DNA of 59,480 nt, the filler included, from Dirinaria sp. TL-2023a (taxonomy: Eukaryota): NCBI GenBank assembly GCA_051941275.1. It is 4 parts of 4 records of this genome, joined end to end, with 100 filler letters (N's around TTAATTAATTAA, not from the genome) between each part and the next. Parts side by side here need not be neighbours in the genome. Positions count along the whole stretch, not along the records: positions 14,911 to 29,702 come from JAVEBF010000579.1; positions 29,803 to 44,594 come from JAVEBF010000580.1; 2 more parts are not named here. One strand, 5' to 3'. The position numbers and the translations under genes are program-made. Below, piece by piece: positions 24,087 through 35,338 of the stretch. Each line of letters begins with the position of its first letter. The first letter of the stretch is position 1. The notes under the pieces were generated by a model. The model was not told the origin of the DNA. It worked only from the letters and a program-made list of their open reading frames with translations, and did not search any database.

Positions 24087-24911
24087 GGCGAAACATGTTT
24101 GATCCTCTCAACGATCCTCAATGCTCTATTTCGGTTCTCCTCGACAGGCGCCAGATTTCTCAGCACATCCTCGCCAAGTCAGGAGTTGGATCTGCCTCCA
24201 CTCTGCTCGACGAGGGTAAGGGAACATTTTGCCGCTGCAGCAGAACACTGTAAGCACCTCCTGCGACCAGTGTAGGAGCAAGCGTTGTTCTCGCTATTCA
24301 CTTATCTTCCGTTGTTGTTCTATCATCGCCGATTTCTCGATGGCCGTTGCTCAAATGAACGAAAGATCTGCGACAGCAGCTGTGGGATTGGCTATACAAG
24401 CCCGCTAGCAGCTGCGTGCCCCGGCGTTCAAACTTCTACCCGATTGGATTAGCTTACAAAGCTACACGCCACGCGGCGCCAAATCAAGCCACCCTGTTGG
24501 AGTAAGTACCGCACCTCCAGGCAAAAAGCCAATCACGTTCTCAAATTACTGTCTTTACCTCTCTTTCCACGCCCGAATCCTTGATGCAGCTCGAGACCCT
24601 ACGGCCCGGGGAATCGACTGCAGCCAACTCGTGCCTCGTCCTCCCATTATGCTTCCACGCAAATGCAGGATTCCTTTCGGTGCAAATCAAGTCCTACCAT
24701 ATCTTTCGCCGATGTGTACGAAAGCTCTTGTCAGTCTTTAATTCTAGGTTCTCTTCTCTTCCTCATTCTACGCTTTTTTTGCGAAGTATGCTCCTAGTGG
24801 TTGCTTGCGGACTGGTCCGCTCCCGATCTTCTACACCTTCACCTCGCGGTCATTTTCTATTACTTGGCCGAACTTCATTTGGTGATCTTCTACTACCGAG
24901 CTTCACGTACC

Positions 24912-26117
24912 ATGCGCCGCTCCGTTTTTCTTCGACATCTCGGACTTGCAATATCCGTCTTACTCTCTTTGTCTTGGTATCTCACCGCATATGCCAGGGG
25001 TAGATACCAAAAGCAGGGCCTTGATCAACGTTGCTCGAGTTCCACCAACTTCGCGCGAAACACTATCACCAATTCGACACCTTCCTCTTCGCTCTTGGCC
25101 GTCTCCTCTAACAAACGCACACCATATGTAGCTATTTCCGTGCAGTCCTATGCCTACGTTTTCTATGCTACAGCTCCTGATTACGCGTGCTCTGTCCTAG
25201 TCAACATCGCTCGTCTACAGTCCTTCCACACACCCCACCGTATTATCGTTCTTGCAGCCCCCTCGCTGTCCTCCACCTTCCTTACAGCGTTCACGTCTCG
25301 CAACGTCACCGTGATTCCTTACAAGCCGCCTGCGCACCCCTCGGATAACGTTCCTTACTACCATGACGTACTTCTTAAGCTCATTGGCTTCAGACTTCAC
25401 CATTACATACCTTCTCTCAGCCGTATCCTCATTTTGGACGCCGACCAGCTGATACTCCAACCTCTTGACCACGTCTTCGAACTCCCACTGGTAGACGTCG
25501 CGATGCCGCATGCGTACTGGCTGGATTCGGGCATGACGTCGGCGTTCATACTTGTTTCGCTCAGTGACAGGCTTTGGAATCGGATGGAAGCGGAGCTACA
25601 GAATATTGATTTTGGGGTATTTGACATGGATCTTGTCAACCGCATGTTCCAACGTACCGCACTTTCGCTGCCAGGAGATTATTGCACTCTCAACTCGCAC
25701 TGGGAGACAAATGAAATTCCAGCTTGGTATCGTGGCGAGGAGGTTCCAGAAGACTCGACGTGGGAGCCCCTTCCTTTTGCACCAGCGGAGGCGGTCCTGA
25801 ATACTACAGTATTGGCCAACATGACGCTCGAAGCCCGAGAGACCTACGAGAGAAAAATGCAACAACAGCGAGAAGAGCACCTTGAGCGACAGAAGGTTGC
25901 CGAACGAAAGGCTAGAAACGCTAAGCCACTTGAAAAGGTTTACTTGGACACAAAGGTGCTCCACTTTACCGCAATTGGAAAACCTTGGCAACTCACGCTT
26001 GACTATGTAAGAGCCCAAAGGCCAAACGCACATCCCCTGCTAGGGGAGCAAATTGTGACATGGTGGCGCGAGGCATCGGAATATTGCCCCAAAAAGAAAC
26101 ATGAAATGCAGGGCTAA
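24912..26117 (+). CDS. Glycosyltransferase family 8, GNT1-like (type II membrane protein)
   Basis: N-terminal TM anchor; YAYVFYAT..YACSVLVN, ILDADQL (DxD), PHAYW, FDMDLVN, LHFTAIGKPW. Confidence 0.88.
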   Translation: MRRSVFLRHLGLAISVLLSLSWYLTAYARGRYQKQGLDQRCSSSTNFARNTITNSTPSSSLLAVSSNKRTPYVAISVQSYAYVFYATAPDYACSVLVNIARLQSFHTPHRIIVLAAPSLSSTFLTAFTSRNVTVIPYKPPAHPSDNVPYYHDVLLKLIGFRLHHYIPSLSRILILDADQLILQPLDHVFELPLVDVAMPHAYWLDSGMTSAFILVSLSDRLWNRMEAELQNIDFGVFDMDLVNRMFQRTALSLPGDYCTLNSHWETNEIPAWYRGEEVPEDSTWEPLPFAPAEAVLNTTVLANMTLEARETYERKMQQQREEHLERQKVAERKARNAKPLEKVYLDTKVLHFTAIGKPWQLTLDYVRAQRPNAHPLLGEQIVTWWREASEYCPKKKHEMQG

Positions 26118-26701
26118 TCACTTGGGGATGCTAAACATCAGTAAACATTTTGTAGTACAGCGCATTCTGAACGTTCACCACAATATTAGAAGTCCGTTTG
26201 GGATGGGCATTCGTTGTTCGACCCAAATCACTCATTGTGTGACGACTTGCATAATAAGGTTTGCAAGATACGCAGCGACCTGTTCTATAGGAGAAGAGTT
26301 TAATTGTGTAACGCCAGTCAGTGAACTACCAGATTGCGGGCACTGCTGAAGTTTCCAGGCGGTCACGAAGCATTCCACTGAAGGGGTCGAAGCAAGATCA
26401 GCGATGAAGTTATCTGCGATAGCGGAGTACATCATGCTACGCTCTGGCATGCGCCTGCTGATAGAAAACTTGTCTTAGTACAAAAACCTTGGAGCATTTC
26501 TCCCGCGGCTATCTGATCAGGAAAAAGAGTGTAGATTGATCCGATCTATAACCATCTAATCTCTATAAAGAAAATACACTCTATCAGCACCACAGGCACG
26601 CGACTGCACGAGGCTATCCCCCAAGCACCAACATAGAACCTCATCTATTAGAGACGCATCCCGCTTTCCATGTTGCTGCACCAGGCCATACTTCCACACA
26701 T

Positions 26702-27340
26702 CTATGGACTGATCTCTACAGGATCTTTCAGGAGCATGCTCAATCGAACGGGCCATGACATCTCGTCGCGCGTTGGCCACGCGGTTTCTCTCGGGCTTTT
26801 CCCTGGCCCTTTTGTCTTGATATGATAGGAGTTCGCCATTTCTGTCAGAGCCTCGTCGGCATCAACTTCTGAAGCCGTGATCCAGGTTTTTCGCGGCGCG
26901 CCTGCCCTCTTCCATTTGTAATACTCTATAGCGCCATCCTTGATTCTGTGGCCGATTATATCGACGTCGTCCCAGGAGACCTCGATGAGCTCGCCGTATA
27001 ACGGAACCCTTGGAGGTATGCCATGTAGAGGGCATCCGTGCTGGGGGGCTGGCACCGGCTTCCGGTCAAAGAAGTCGCATGTAAGACCGTGTGGGCGTCG
27101 TTCAGGATCTACGGAAGAAGACACGAATGCGAGCGACTCTTCACCGCGATCGAGTGTGCACTTTAGGTGGCAATAGGCGTACTTGTAAGGCTCCTGTACG
27201 ACGCTGAGGGTCTTTTCGAAACGGTAGTCGACACCCCGGTTCCTGCAGTCCGCTTTGAATCTATCGCAAAGCTCGGGGTACTTGGCATAGTAGATGCACC
27301 GGCAATGCCCCGGGAAAGTCCAAACGTGCCCGAGACACAT
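26702..27340 (-). CDS. Hypothetical protein with a Cys/His-rich N-terminus and a chromo-like C-terminal segment
   Basis: 212-aa ATG-initiated ORF; IIGHRIKDGAIEYYKWK...KTWITASEV resembles a chromo barrel. Confidence 0.5.
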   Translation of the reverse strand: MCLGHVWTFPGHCRCIYYAKYPELCDRFKADCRNRGVDYRFEKTLSVVQEPYKYAYCHLKCTLDRGEESLAFVSSSVDPERRPHGLTCDFFDRKPVPAPQHGCPLHGIPPRVPLYGELIEVSWDDVDIIGHRIKDGAIEYYKWKRAGAPRKTWITASEVDADEALTEMANSYHIKTKGPGKSPRETAWPTRDEMSWPVRLSMLLKDPVEISP

Positions 27341-29702
27341 CCTGGCTATGAGAGAATATCGTCCGACGAGGAAGCTGATCTGAAGAGTACTGAAGATGAT
27401 GTGGTTTTAGATCTGAAGATGAGCCTGGAGGCCAGCGGTTATAGAAAACCAATGTAAAAGATGAGAGACGAATAGACTACCAAAGGCGTTGTCTGCAGCC
27501 CTTCTTGATGAGAGCTCCATGAAGCCCGGAATCTATGCCCTCTTTATATCCAACATAACGTCAACCAATATCGCGGAGTTATACAGTGATTTGTCGGCGG
27601 ACAAAGGATTCCCACGTGTCAAAGAATGACTTAAACCTCATTGTTGCCAGACGGCCAGCACATCAGTTATACAAGCGACTTCATTCTATAGCAGTCAACA
27701 TTGAATCTGTGAAGCCTTGAATTGTGAGGCTAAGATGAGTCGGTGATGAAAGATGATTTGATTGGGCAATTCTATACACCGTTCGTACCTCACAGAGATG
27801 CAGGAACACATGGCGGAAGCACGACGTCGCGCATGTAGTGCTTGTGTAAGAGGATTTACTACCCTACCAGGTGCATATTGATAGTACCAGTTCCTAAGCG
27901 AGGCCATCTGAGTCTCCTCACAGCGGGCATTCTGATCCCCAATTCGATAGATTGAACAAGGTCTATCAGTTGTTCCACCTTCATAAATACCGAACCTATT
28001 GATCTGGATCGCTGGCGAGAAGGTCCCACACCAGTTTTTTTGACCGCCTCAGTAAGGCCGCCTGGAGTTGGTCTTGGGCACAATTTGGGAGTCGACCTTT
28101 TTCGCTCATCCGTCACACATAATACCCCTGACTTACAAATCCACTTTTCGAATTTCCTTCGCTATGTCTGTTTTCTTCCTTTTAGTACTATTAAATTTTT
28201 TTTCTCCACGAATTCGACGAGATCTGCACTGTGCGATAACGATTCAAATCTTCAAGTCTTCAACTCTCAACTCCACACTCACTCAATCCATTTCCTTTGA
28301 GTAGATAAAGTAAAATAGGGTCCCACAAAACCGCGCCACACACACATACACACACCACCCACCCTTCCCTCGCCCTCACTAACCCATATTTCACCAGCTA
28401 AGGCAACGCACACCACACCCTCTTCGATATGCCTCAGATTTTCGGTATCCAATAGCGCCACACCACCACTACCTACTGTAGGCTTAGCTGGCACACACAC
28501 ACACCAACCTCCGCTTTTGCTGCCTTACCACAGCAGCATCCTCCCCCTGACTGACCACTAAACCTGTTCGGGGCGGGGTTTATGCCTAACGGGGTAATTC
28601 ATCCCGCGCACCCCCCGGTTTTATTTGTTTACACACCTTGTTTTCCTCGGTTTAGGTACTCGTACTACTGTATCTTCGGTCGTACCTTGATACGCGGCTT
28701 TGGCTTGCTCGTCGTCGTGATTGTGATTATGCGATTGTGGACTGATGTCTTATTTAGAGAGTCTTTACAACGACGTTGCACAGTCAATTGTAGACGCAGA
28801 GAGGCGGTGGAGGTGCAGAAGATCGAATATGGGAGGGGTTCCTGGTGGAAGAATGATTGCGCTTCAGATGTAAAATAGAGCTTGGCCTTGAGATGTAAGA
28901 TACATTGGAAAAGTGGAATTTCTGGATGTTAATTAAATTTCAAGTTGAGAAGTTCTCAGGAAAAATCGATGATCATTCGACGATAGATCCCATGCCACCT
29001 CATCGATACTCTCCAAGACGTAAATACCTCCCTCCCCCTCATAAATCCCGTAATGAGCGTAGCGTAGCAGCACTACCAAATACCTAGAGTTTCTTAATAT
29101 ACCCATTTATCTCCCGTCTGACACTCCGACAGGGGTGGGTACACGTCCCACGTCCTGTGCCTCCCCCCTTCAATGTTTTTTTTTTTTTTTTTTTTGGTGC
29201 ACCAAATCCAAACGCAAGCACCACCGTCAAACCTCAAACTTCCTTTAGAGAAAAATTAAACCCCCCAAATATAAGACAGCACCCAGTAGAACTAGTATAA
29301 TAACCCTGACCCTACACTCTACAGGTCCGATCTTCAAAGGGGGTAGTTATAAACTTCGAAAAAAAAAAAAAAAAAAAAAAACGCTAGAGTACGAGTCATA
29401 CACTTTTTTCTCTTTTTTTCTTCTTGAAAATATCGTCTAGATATTGATTAGGTGTTGGGGAGAGGGAGGAGAGGGGGAGAGGGGTTGATGAAACGAGTTC
29501 TCTTAATGTTTTTATGATAATAAGAACAAGAATGGAATGATATTTTGAAGTAAGTGATATTATATGCTTGTTTGGGGTCAGCTTCCAGCACGACATTTAA
29601 CATCGCGCAGCTGCATACCTTACTTAGCAAAGAAGAGAACGAAAAGAATATGGTTTCAAAGGAGTTTTTTTCTTTACGGAGGGAGAGAGAATAAGCATAT
29701 AT

Positions 29703-29802
29703 NNNNNNNNNNNNNNNNNNNNNNNNNNNNNNNNNNNNNNNNNNNNTTAATTAATTAANNNNNNNNNNNNNNNNNNNNNNNNNNNNNNNNNNNNNNNNNN
29801 NN
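29703..29802. other. Artificial contig spacer
   Basis: 44N + TTAATTAATTAA + 44N. Confidence 0.98.
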
Positions 29803-31047
29803 CCCTTGAGGATATCATTGATAATGAGGATAACCTTCGCATCATTAAAGATGAGAATGACACCTTCCGCATCGAGCAAGCGTCTGCTTGGTCATGGGAC
29901 GATGTCGCCCATACACTGCCTCGCGTAGAGGATAGCAACGCTGACACAAAGGCTACGTCCGAGGATAGAATCCTCGACTATAGTACGATTACAAAGCAAA
30001 TTGTTGTTCATGACAACGAACTCCCTCAGACAAGAGCAACTCCGTATTTCAATCACCAAGCATACTTCTCCAACCTGAAGCATTATCAGTCCACGACACG
30101 AAGCACCCGCGATGATTTTGGGAAATATCTATTGTATGGCGAGGTTGTAACCAGTACCAACACCTTACTTGAAAAGTGTGAAAGCGTGGCTGTCTTGCGA
30201 CATAGCATGGGCTGACTTATTCAGAAACACTCAAATGCTTCGACGCCTTCCGAATGGCTTCACAGCAACGGCCACCGTGCAAGTTGCTGGCAGGGGACGG
30301 GGTACAAATGTCTGGGTCTCTCCCGCTGGGTCTCTGATGTTCTCAACAATAGTCCGGCATCCCATGTCACTCATGCCTACAGCTCCAGTGGTCTTCCTGC
30401 AATACCTTGCCGCCATGGCCACGGTCGAGGGCATCAAAACCTATGATACAGGCTTCCAGAGAATGCCAGTCAAGCTCAAATGGCCGAATGATATATGTAG
30501 GTGATGCACATGAAAACGCTCTGGTACACCGAACCTGACTCACCTAATCCTCCTCTCTCTATCAGTCGCTCTCGACCCCTCCGATCCATCCAAGAAAACC
30601 TTCGTCAAGATAGGCGGCATCCTCGTAAACTCGCACTATTCCTCCGAAGAATACATCTCCGTAATCGGCGTCGGTCTGAACGCCACCAACGCCTCCCCGA
30701 CGACATCCCTCAACGCGCTCAAACCCCCGACCCCGGTCACGATGGAGAAGCTTTTGGCCCGCGTGCTCGTCTGTTTCTCGGAACTGTACGACCGATTCAT
30801 GCGCACGGGGTTCGACAAGTCGTTCGAAGAGCTGTATTACAAGCATTGGCTGCACATGGATCAGGTCGTGACGTTGGAAGCCGAGGGCGGGGTCCGGGCT
30901 CGCATCAAGGGCATCACGCGCGATTGGGGCCTGCTGCTGGCGGAGGAATTGGGGTGGGAGGATCGCGCGACGGGCAAGGTGTGGACTCTGCAGAGCGACA
31001 GCAATAGTTTCGATTTTTTCAAGGGGCTTATCAAGAGGAAGACTTGA
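29803..31047 (+). CDS. BPL1: Biotin--protein ligase, 3' part (5' end cut by contig edge)
   Basis: LLYGEVVTSTNTLLE, QVAGRGRGTNVWVSP, KLKWPNDIY, KIGGILVN, GVGLN, LQSDSNSFDFFKGLIKRKT*; introns at ~30176 and ~30497. Confidence 0.93.
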
Positions 31048-31207
31048 AGGATTTGTTCGTCGTGTGGATGTGTGTGTGGGTAGCATCATGCAGGGTTTTT
31101 CGATGCTAGAGGTTCTATGAATTTTTTTCCTTTCTACAAAGGTGGGCAGTCAAGATTTAAATAAACCACCCCCCGCATTGCATAACTACTACTTACTATT
31201 CAAAAAG

Positions 31208-31211
<4 letters not shown>

Positions 31212-31241
<30 letters not shown>
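31212..31241. repeat. (CT)n microsatellite
   Basis: Directly visible. Confidence 0.95.
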
Positions 31242-31243
<2 letters not shown>

Positions 31244-31937
31244 AGATAGACGTGTTTTACCTTACCTTACCTGTGCTATGTATCACCTTCGAAAAAAACT
31301 TTCATGCTCATGTCCATGTGACCAACCACACAGCACTAGAGCGAGCTTCCTAATCTACAGTATTCATACATTCATAATAACAGAGCTAAATAGAGTCGTC
31401 AAGTTGCAGCGCCCGCCCGTGTCCTCAAATGGGCACTGCACTACACTACTGCAAACGGTCTTCAACTAAATCTCGCCCTATAGCTGGCCAATCAATACAG
31501 ATTCCTTTGCTGCGTCTTCTATGCTCGACACACTACTACTTCAGAACGCCACCAAGAAATGCAAATAATAACCGGGTGGGGTCTGAAAGCGCTAGTTCGT
31601 GAATGGAAGTAGTAACGACTTAGGTTCTACAAGATGGAGATGGATGGCTTGGACATCGATATAATATATAAAGCTGGCAATACGGTGTATTTCTTTTACA
31701 TATATGCTCGGCTAAAGTATCGCGCTTCAGGAACAAGCTGGAACGAACCCCCGGGCCTTTTCTGTTGATGGTGGTTATGGGTTCGTGATTTGTGTTGCTT
31801 GGGAGCGAGTGCTCTTTTTATGGCATGTAGGGTCTTCGAAATGGAGTCGTAGTTCTACGATATTGGTGGACGATATAGTAAGGTAAGGTAGATGAGCAGG
31901 CAGGGAATTCGGAACTCTTGATTCCTCTCCTCAAACG

Positions 31938-32483
31938 CTAGAGACTTTTCGTAGATGGCAGTGGCCTTCTGACCACGACTCGAAAATCGTCGTTCCCGAT
32001 CCCTAGGTATCCGCCCCTGAGCCCGTGCGGATCGTGCTCGCAAAAATTCAAGATGTCAAGGGCTTTCCGTGCGATGTCTATGCGGGGGAAAGTGTCGTGG
32101 GCGCCCACCGTGAACTGGGCCAGCAGGATGGCACACTTTCCCACAACCCAGGAGTGCGAGGCAGTCCACGTGACAGGCTGCCTGAAAGGTGCATCCGCCA
32201 GAGTGTCATCGTCGAGGTCCTGCATGGCGTAGTTGCAGTCTTCAAGGTCGATGAGCGGGAGCCAGGCGTTCTTGAAGCAAAACGGTTCTTGGTTCGTTGC
32301 AGTGGCATCGAGAGGAAGACTCAGGCTTTCGGATGCGTTGGTCGCTTGGTTGAATAAGATATTATTGTTGGCTAGTCGTATTGCTGGACGGGACCTCGGC
32401 CTCGCTTTTCCAGTCGGAAGAGTATTTGCAGAATGAAGAAAGGTGCTCAGGAGTACCAGTAAACACCACGGACGTAGCATCAT
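31938..32483 (-). CDS. Small secreted cysteine-containing protein (effector-like, possible KP4/Ecp2-like fold)
   Basis: Signal peptide MMLRPWCLLVLLSTFLHSANT, pro-region, then four Cys (FCF, EDC, GKC, NFC) and terminal RGGYLGIG...FRVVV; 181 aa. Confidence 0.7.
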   Translation of the reverse strand: MMLRPWCLLVLLSTFLHSANTLPTGKARPRSRPAIRLANNNILFNQATNASESLSLPLDATATNQEPFCFKNAWLPLIDLEDCNYAMQDLDDDTLADAPFRQPVTWTASHSWVVGKCAILLAQFTVGAHDTFPRIDIARKALDILNFCEHDPHGLRGGYLGIGNDDFRVVVRRPLPSTKSL

Positions 32484-33647
32484 CAAAGCCAGCCCAATGA
32501 CATGACCTATTGAACCAGAGAACGGCAGCTGCGACTTAGGAATTACGTCCTGAGACGTGGGTATTAATACGACAGGACTAAGTATTTGCGTCTCAGCCAC
32601 CGCTAAATGTTCCTACTCGGGAAGTCGGGATCCCCCACCTTGAGTGGGTTGTAAATCATGTACCTGCATTCATTTGCTTGGTCGTACTAAGGTTGGTTCC
32701 TGCGTTTCGCGACATGCGCGTTCGTGCCTATAGGTAATTCCGGAGTCCCTCCATTGATCAGAGCGAGGTTGGCCATTCTCGCACAACCGGCCATGTGCAC
32801 AAACCCGTTGGCGCGGCTACTCTAAATTTGATAGACCAGGCCTCTTCCGGAGCTTGGCTGCCACTGGGAACTTCTCGACGTCCTCATTATTGCGATATAT
32901 AAACAGTGACAACATGTCTCCACTCCATCATTTTCAGGATGGAGTGACTGAAACGAAGAGGCTTAGTAGCAGCCATGAAAAAATATGAAGAAGCGCCTTG
33001 TATGCCTCAAAAAGAAGTATAATTTACGTACCACCAATCATTGGGCTTTGAATCGCAGAATGCCATAAATGATGTGTCGACCGCATACATCCCCCACTCC
33101 TGAGCACACTATTTTTGACGTAGGGCCCAGAATGGCCGAGTGATATTTACCGCCGACTGCATCGATACTTAAGGTTCGGCTTGAGAACGGAAAAAAAAAT
33201 TAATTGTACTTAACTCGAAAAGCAGCAAATTCCCAGCAATGCTGCGCCATCAAGTTTAGCGACAGTAATGACCTCTCAAGCTCCACAGAGATTCCGACTT
33301 ATCTGGCGCCAGCAGAGTGAGAGCTTAAGCAGAAGATACTGTAGTGTACAGTACTCCTGCGGGATGTGCAACGCTGTAACGTGTACGATTTCTGTTAGGG
33401 GAAAGTCCCCTTCTGCCCTGGGGCAAATGGAGGCGTTAATTCGTTCGGTTCAAAGATCGGGATTCGAGGGGGTTCGTTCCAGGAGCGCGGTTGGATCCAG
33501 GATGCGGCGCGTTTATCATATTATCCAGGTCGATCAACACAACTTCGTACTGTATGGCCACTTTCGGGATGAACGGCGCACACAACGGTAGAGCAAAACT
33601 CAGACGTAGCAATCTAGATGCTCAGAACCCTGTCATCCCGGTCACAG

Positions 33648-34757
33648 CTAGAATCCTGACGTTAAGCTCCAAGCTCTCAGGCCTGCACCTAGCTTGGCTA
33701 CTAATACTTTGTTCTGCGCTTCTTCTTTGAAGCTAACCCTCTCAGTCGCCCACTCAAGCAATTCTTCTGCTCTCGCACCGCTCCTCGCGTGAATCAAACC
33801 AGCGCTTACATCAATCAGATCTGGCCTGCTGAGGTCATGCCAGAATATTGTAGCACCACAAAAGCCACAGAAGTTGCGGTAGACCCCTTTAGAGCTTTCG
33901 TACTGCTTCAAAGTGCCCATGGAATAATCCATTGGAGAACCATCTATCTTTCGGATGTTGATTTTAGGGATAAAGGCCCAGCTCTGCACGTCATTACCGC
34001 TTGCGAGTCGACAGGACCGACAAGCACAGCATCCAGCAAAGTATTTTGTCCCATTAGCACGCAACCACCATTTGGCGTCCTCTTCATTCTTGGGCGAGCC
34101 TGAGTGGAAAGGCACTATCAGATCAGAATATGGGGAATAAAGCTGCGTAGACTCCTCGCTTGGTGGCGTGATAGAGAGACCGATGCCTTTGCAGTGACAA
34201 AACGCCTGCGTGTTCGATCTCGAGCATTGCTCTGTTACAGGCTGTTCCTGTACACTCAGCTCCGGAGGGCAGACGCAGGCGTCTTGCTGATGGCTGGTCG
34301 GGACATCAAGCCATTCGCTCATACCTCCATCGATTGTTTCTGAAATGCAGCATTGACTTCGTATTTGCAAAGTCTCTTCAGGGTCTTGTATAATGCCTGT
34401 ATGAACGATAATCGCCCCTGTACATCCCTGTCTCATAAGGGACGAGCCACAAGTAGCGCAGAAGAATAATTTGAGATCGCTGGACGATGTATATTGCTGT
34501 AATACACCATCAAATTCGATTTGAAACGGAGTCTCCAGCGTCGAGACCGTTGTGGTACAGAGGGCGCCTGACGTGCGCCGGCAGAAGGTACAGTGGCATA
34601 CAGAAACAGAACGTATGTCATCTGAAGACTTGAAGGTGATTTGACCTGTCACTTGCTGGCAGAAGCACGCCATTTTCAAAACATTCGATGAAGGGAGACC
34701 AGCCATAGAAGTACCGTCCACTGGTTTGTGGATGTTGTCGGGGCCACGTATAGCCAT
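33648..34757 (-). CDS. Double GFA/Mss4-like (CENP-V/DUF636) domain protein
   Basis: Two repeats of CxC...C(H/A)CxxCR...FCxxCG. Confidence 0.9.
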   Translation of the reverse strand: MAIRGPDNIHKPVDGTSMAGLPSSNVLKMACFCQQVTGQITFKSSDDIRSVSVCHCTFCRRTSGALCTTTVSTLETPFQIEFDGVLQQYTSSSDLKLFFCATCGSSLMRQGCTGAIIVHTGIIQDPEETLQIRSQCCISETIDGGMSEWLDVPTSHQQDACVCPPELSVQEQPVTEQCSRSNTQAFCHCKGIGLSITPPSEESTQLYSPYSDLIVPFHSGSPKNEEDAKWWLRANGTKYFAGCCACRSCRLASGNDVQSWAFIPKINIRKIDGSPMDYSMGTLKQYESSKGVYRNFCGFCGATIFWHDLSRPDLIDVSAGLIHARSGARAEELLEWATERVSFKEEAQNKVLVAKLGAGLRAWSLTSGF

Positions 34758-35338
34758 ACTTGACTACTTCGCTACGTGTCAATACTTACCTAGGCTGCAC
34801 CAAAGCTCGTATTGGATGATGTATGCAACTTGGCACCCTGACAGGGGCCTTGCTGGATGTTATACATGGACAGGTGCCAAATACTTGGACGCCGCAATAC
34901 CCACGGCAAGCCTGCGAGTATGTGTCTGTCCAGGCTCATACGGACATAATTCTAGGGCGTCTATCTGTAGTCAGGCTGGCGAATTTTTTTCTGGTGGCTG
35001 TAGTACTCCCGTCGACATTCCCGAATGGCTCTGGATTATTTGGAGGTACTCGTAATCGTACCTGACCATACTCAACTTAAGGTACCTTACCTCACCTTAC
35101 CTTCTTACCTTAGGGGTAACCCTGAACACAGCCCTAACCCTACAAATTAGATAAGGACAAACCTAAGGTAAGGTTACCTACTTCATGTACGTACCTTACC
35201 TCAAGGTACTCACCTTGTATGAATAGCGGGGTGGATCCGAGTAGTCAATGCATTGTTCACACGTCTACTTGCAATTCCAACAGACTTCCTGTGCATTAAC
35301 CCGGTACATGTTTGTAGACCTATCCTTCACGCAGCGCC

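Noticed and set aside
27700..29702. Gene-poor AT-rich tract with CA-rich runs and poly-T/poly-A, possible TE relic
   Set aside because: No TIR, LTR or TE protein motif could be identified.
35136..35146. CCCTAACCCTA telomere-like sequence (similar GGGTTAGGGTT near 21530)
   Set aside because: Fewer than two full units; expected by chance.
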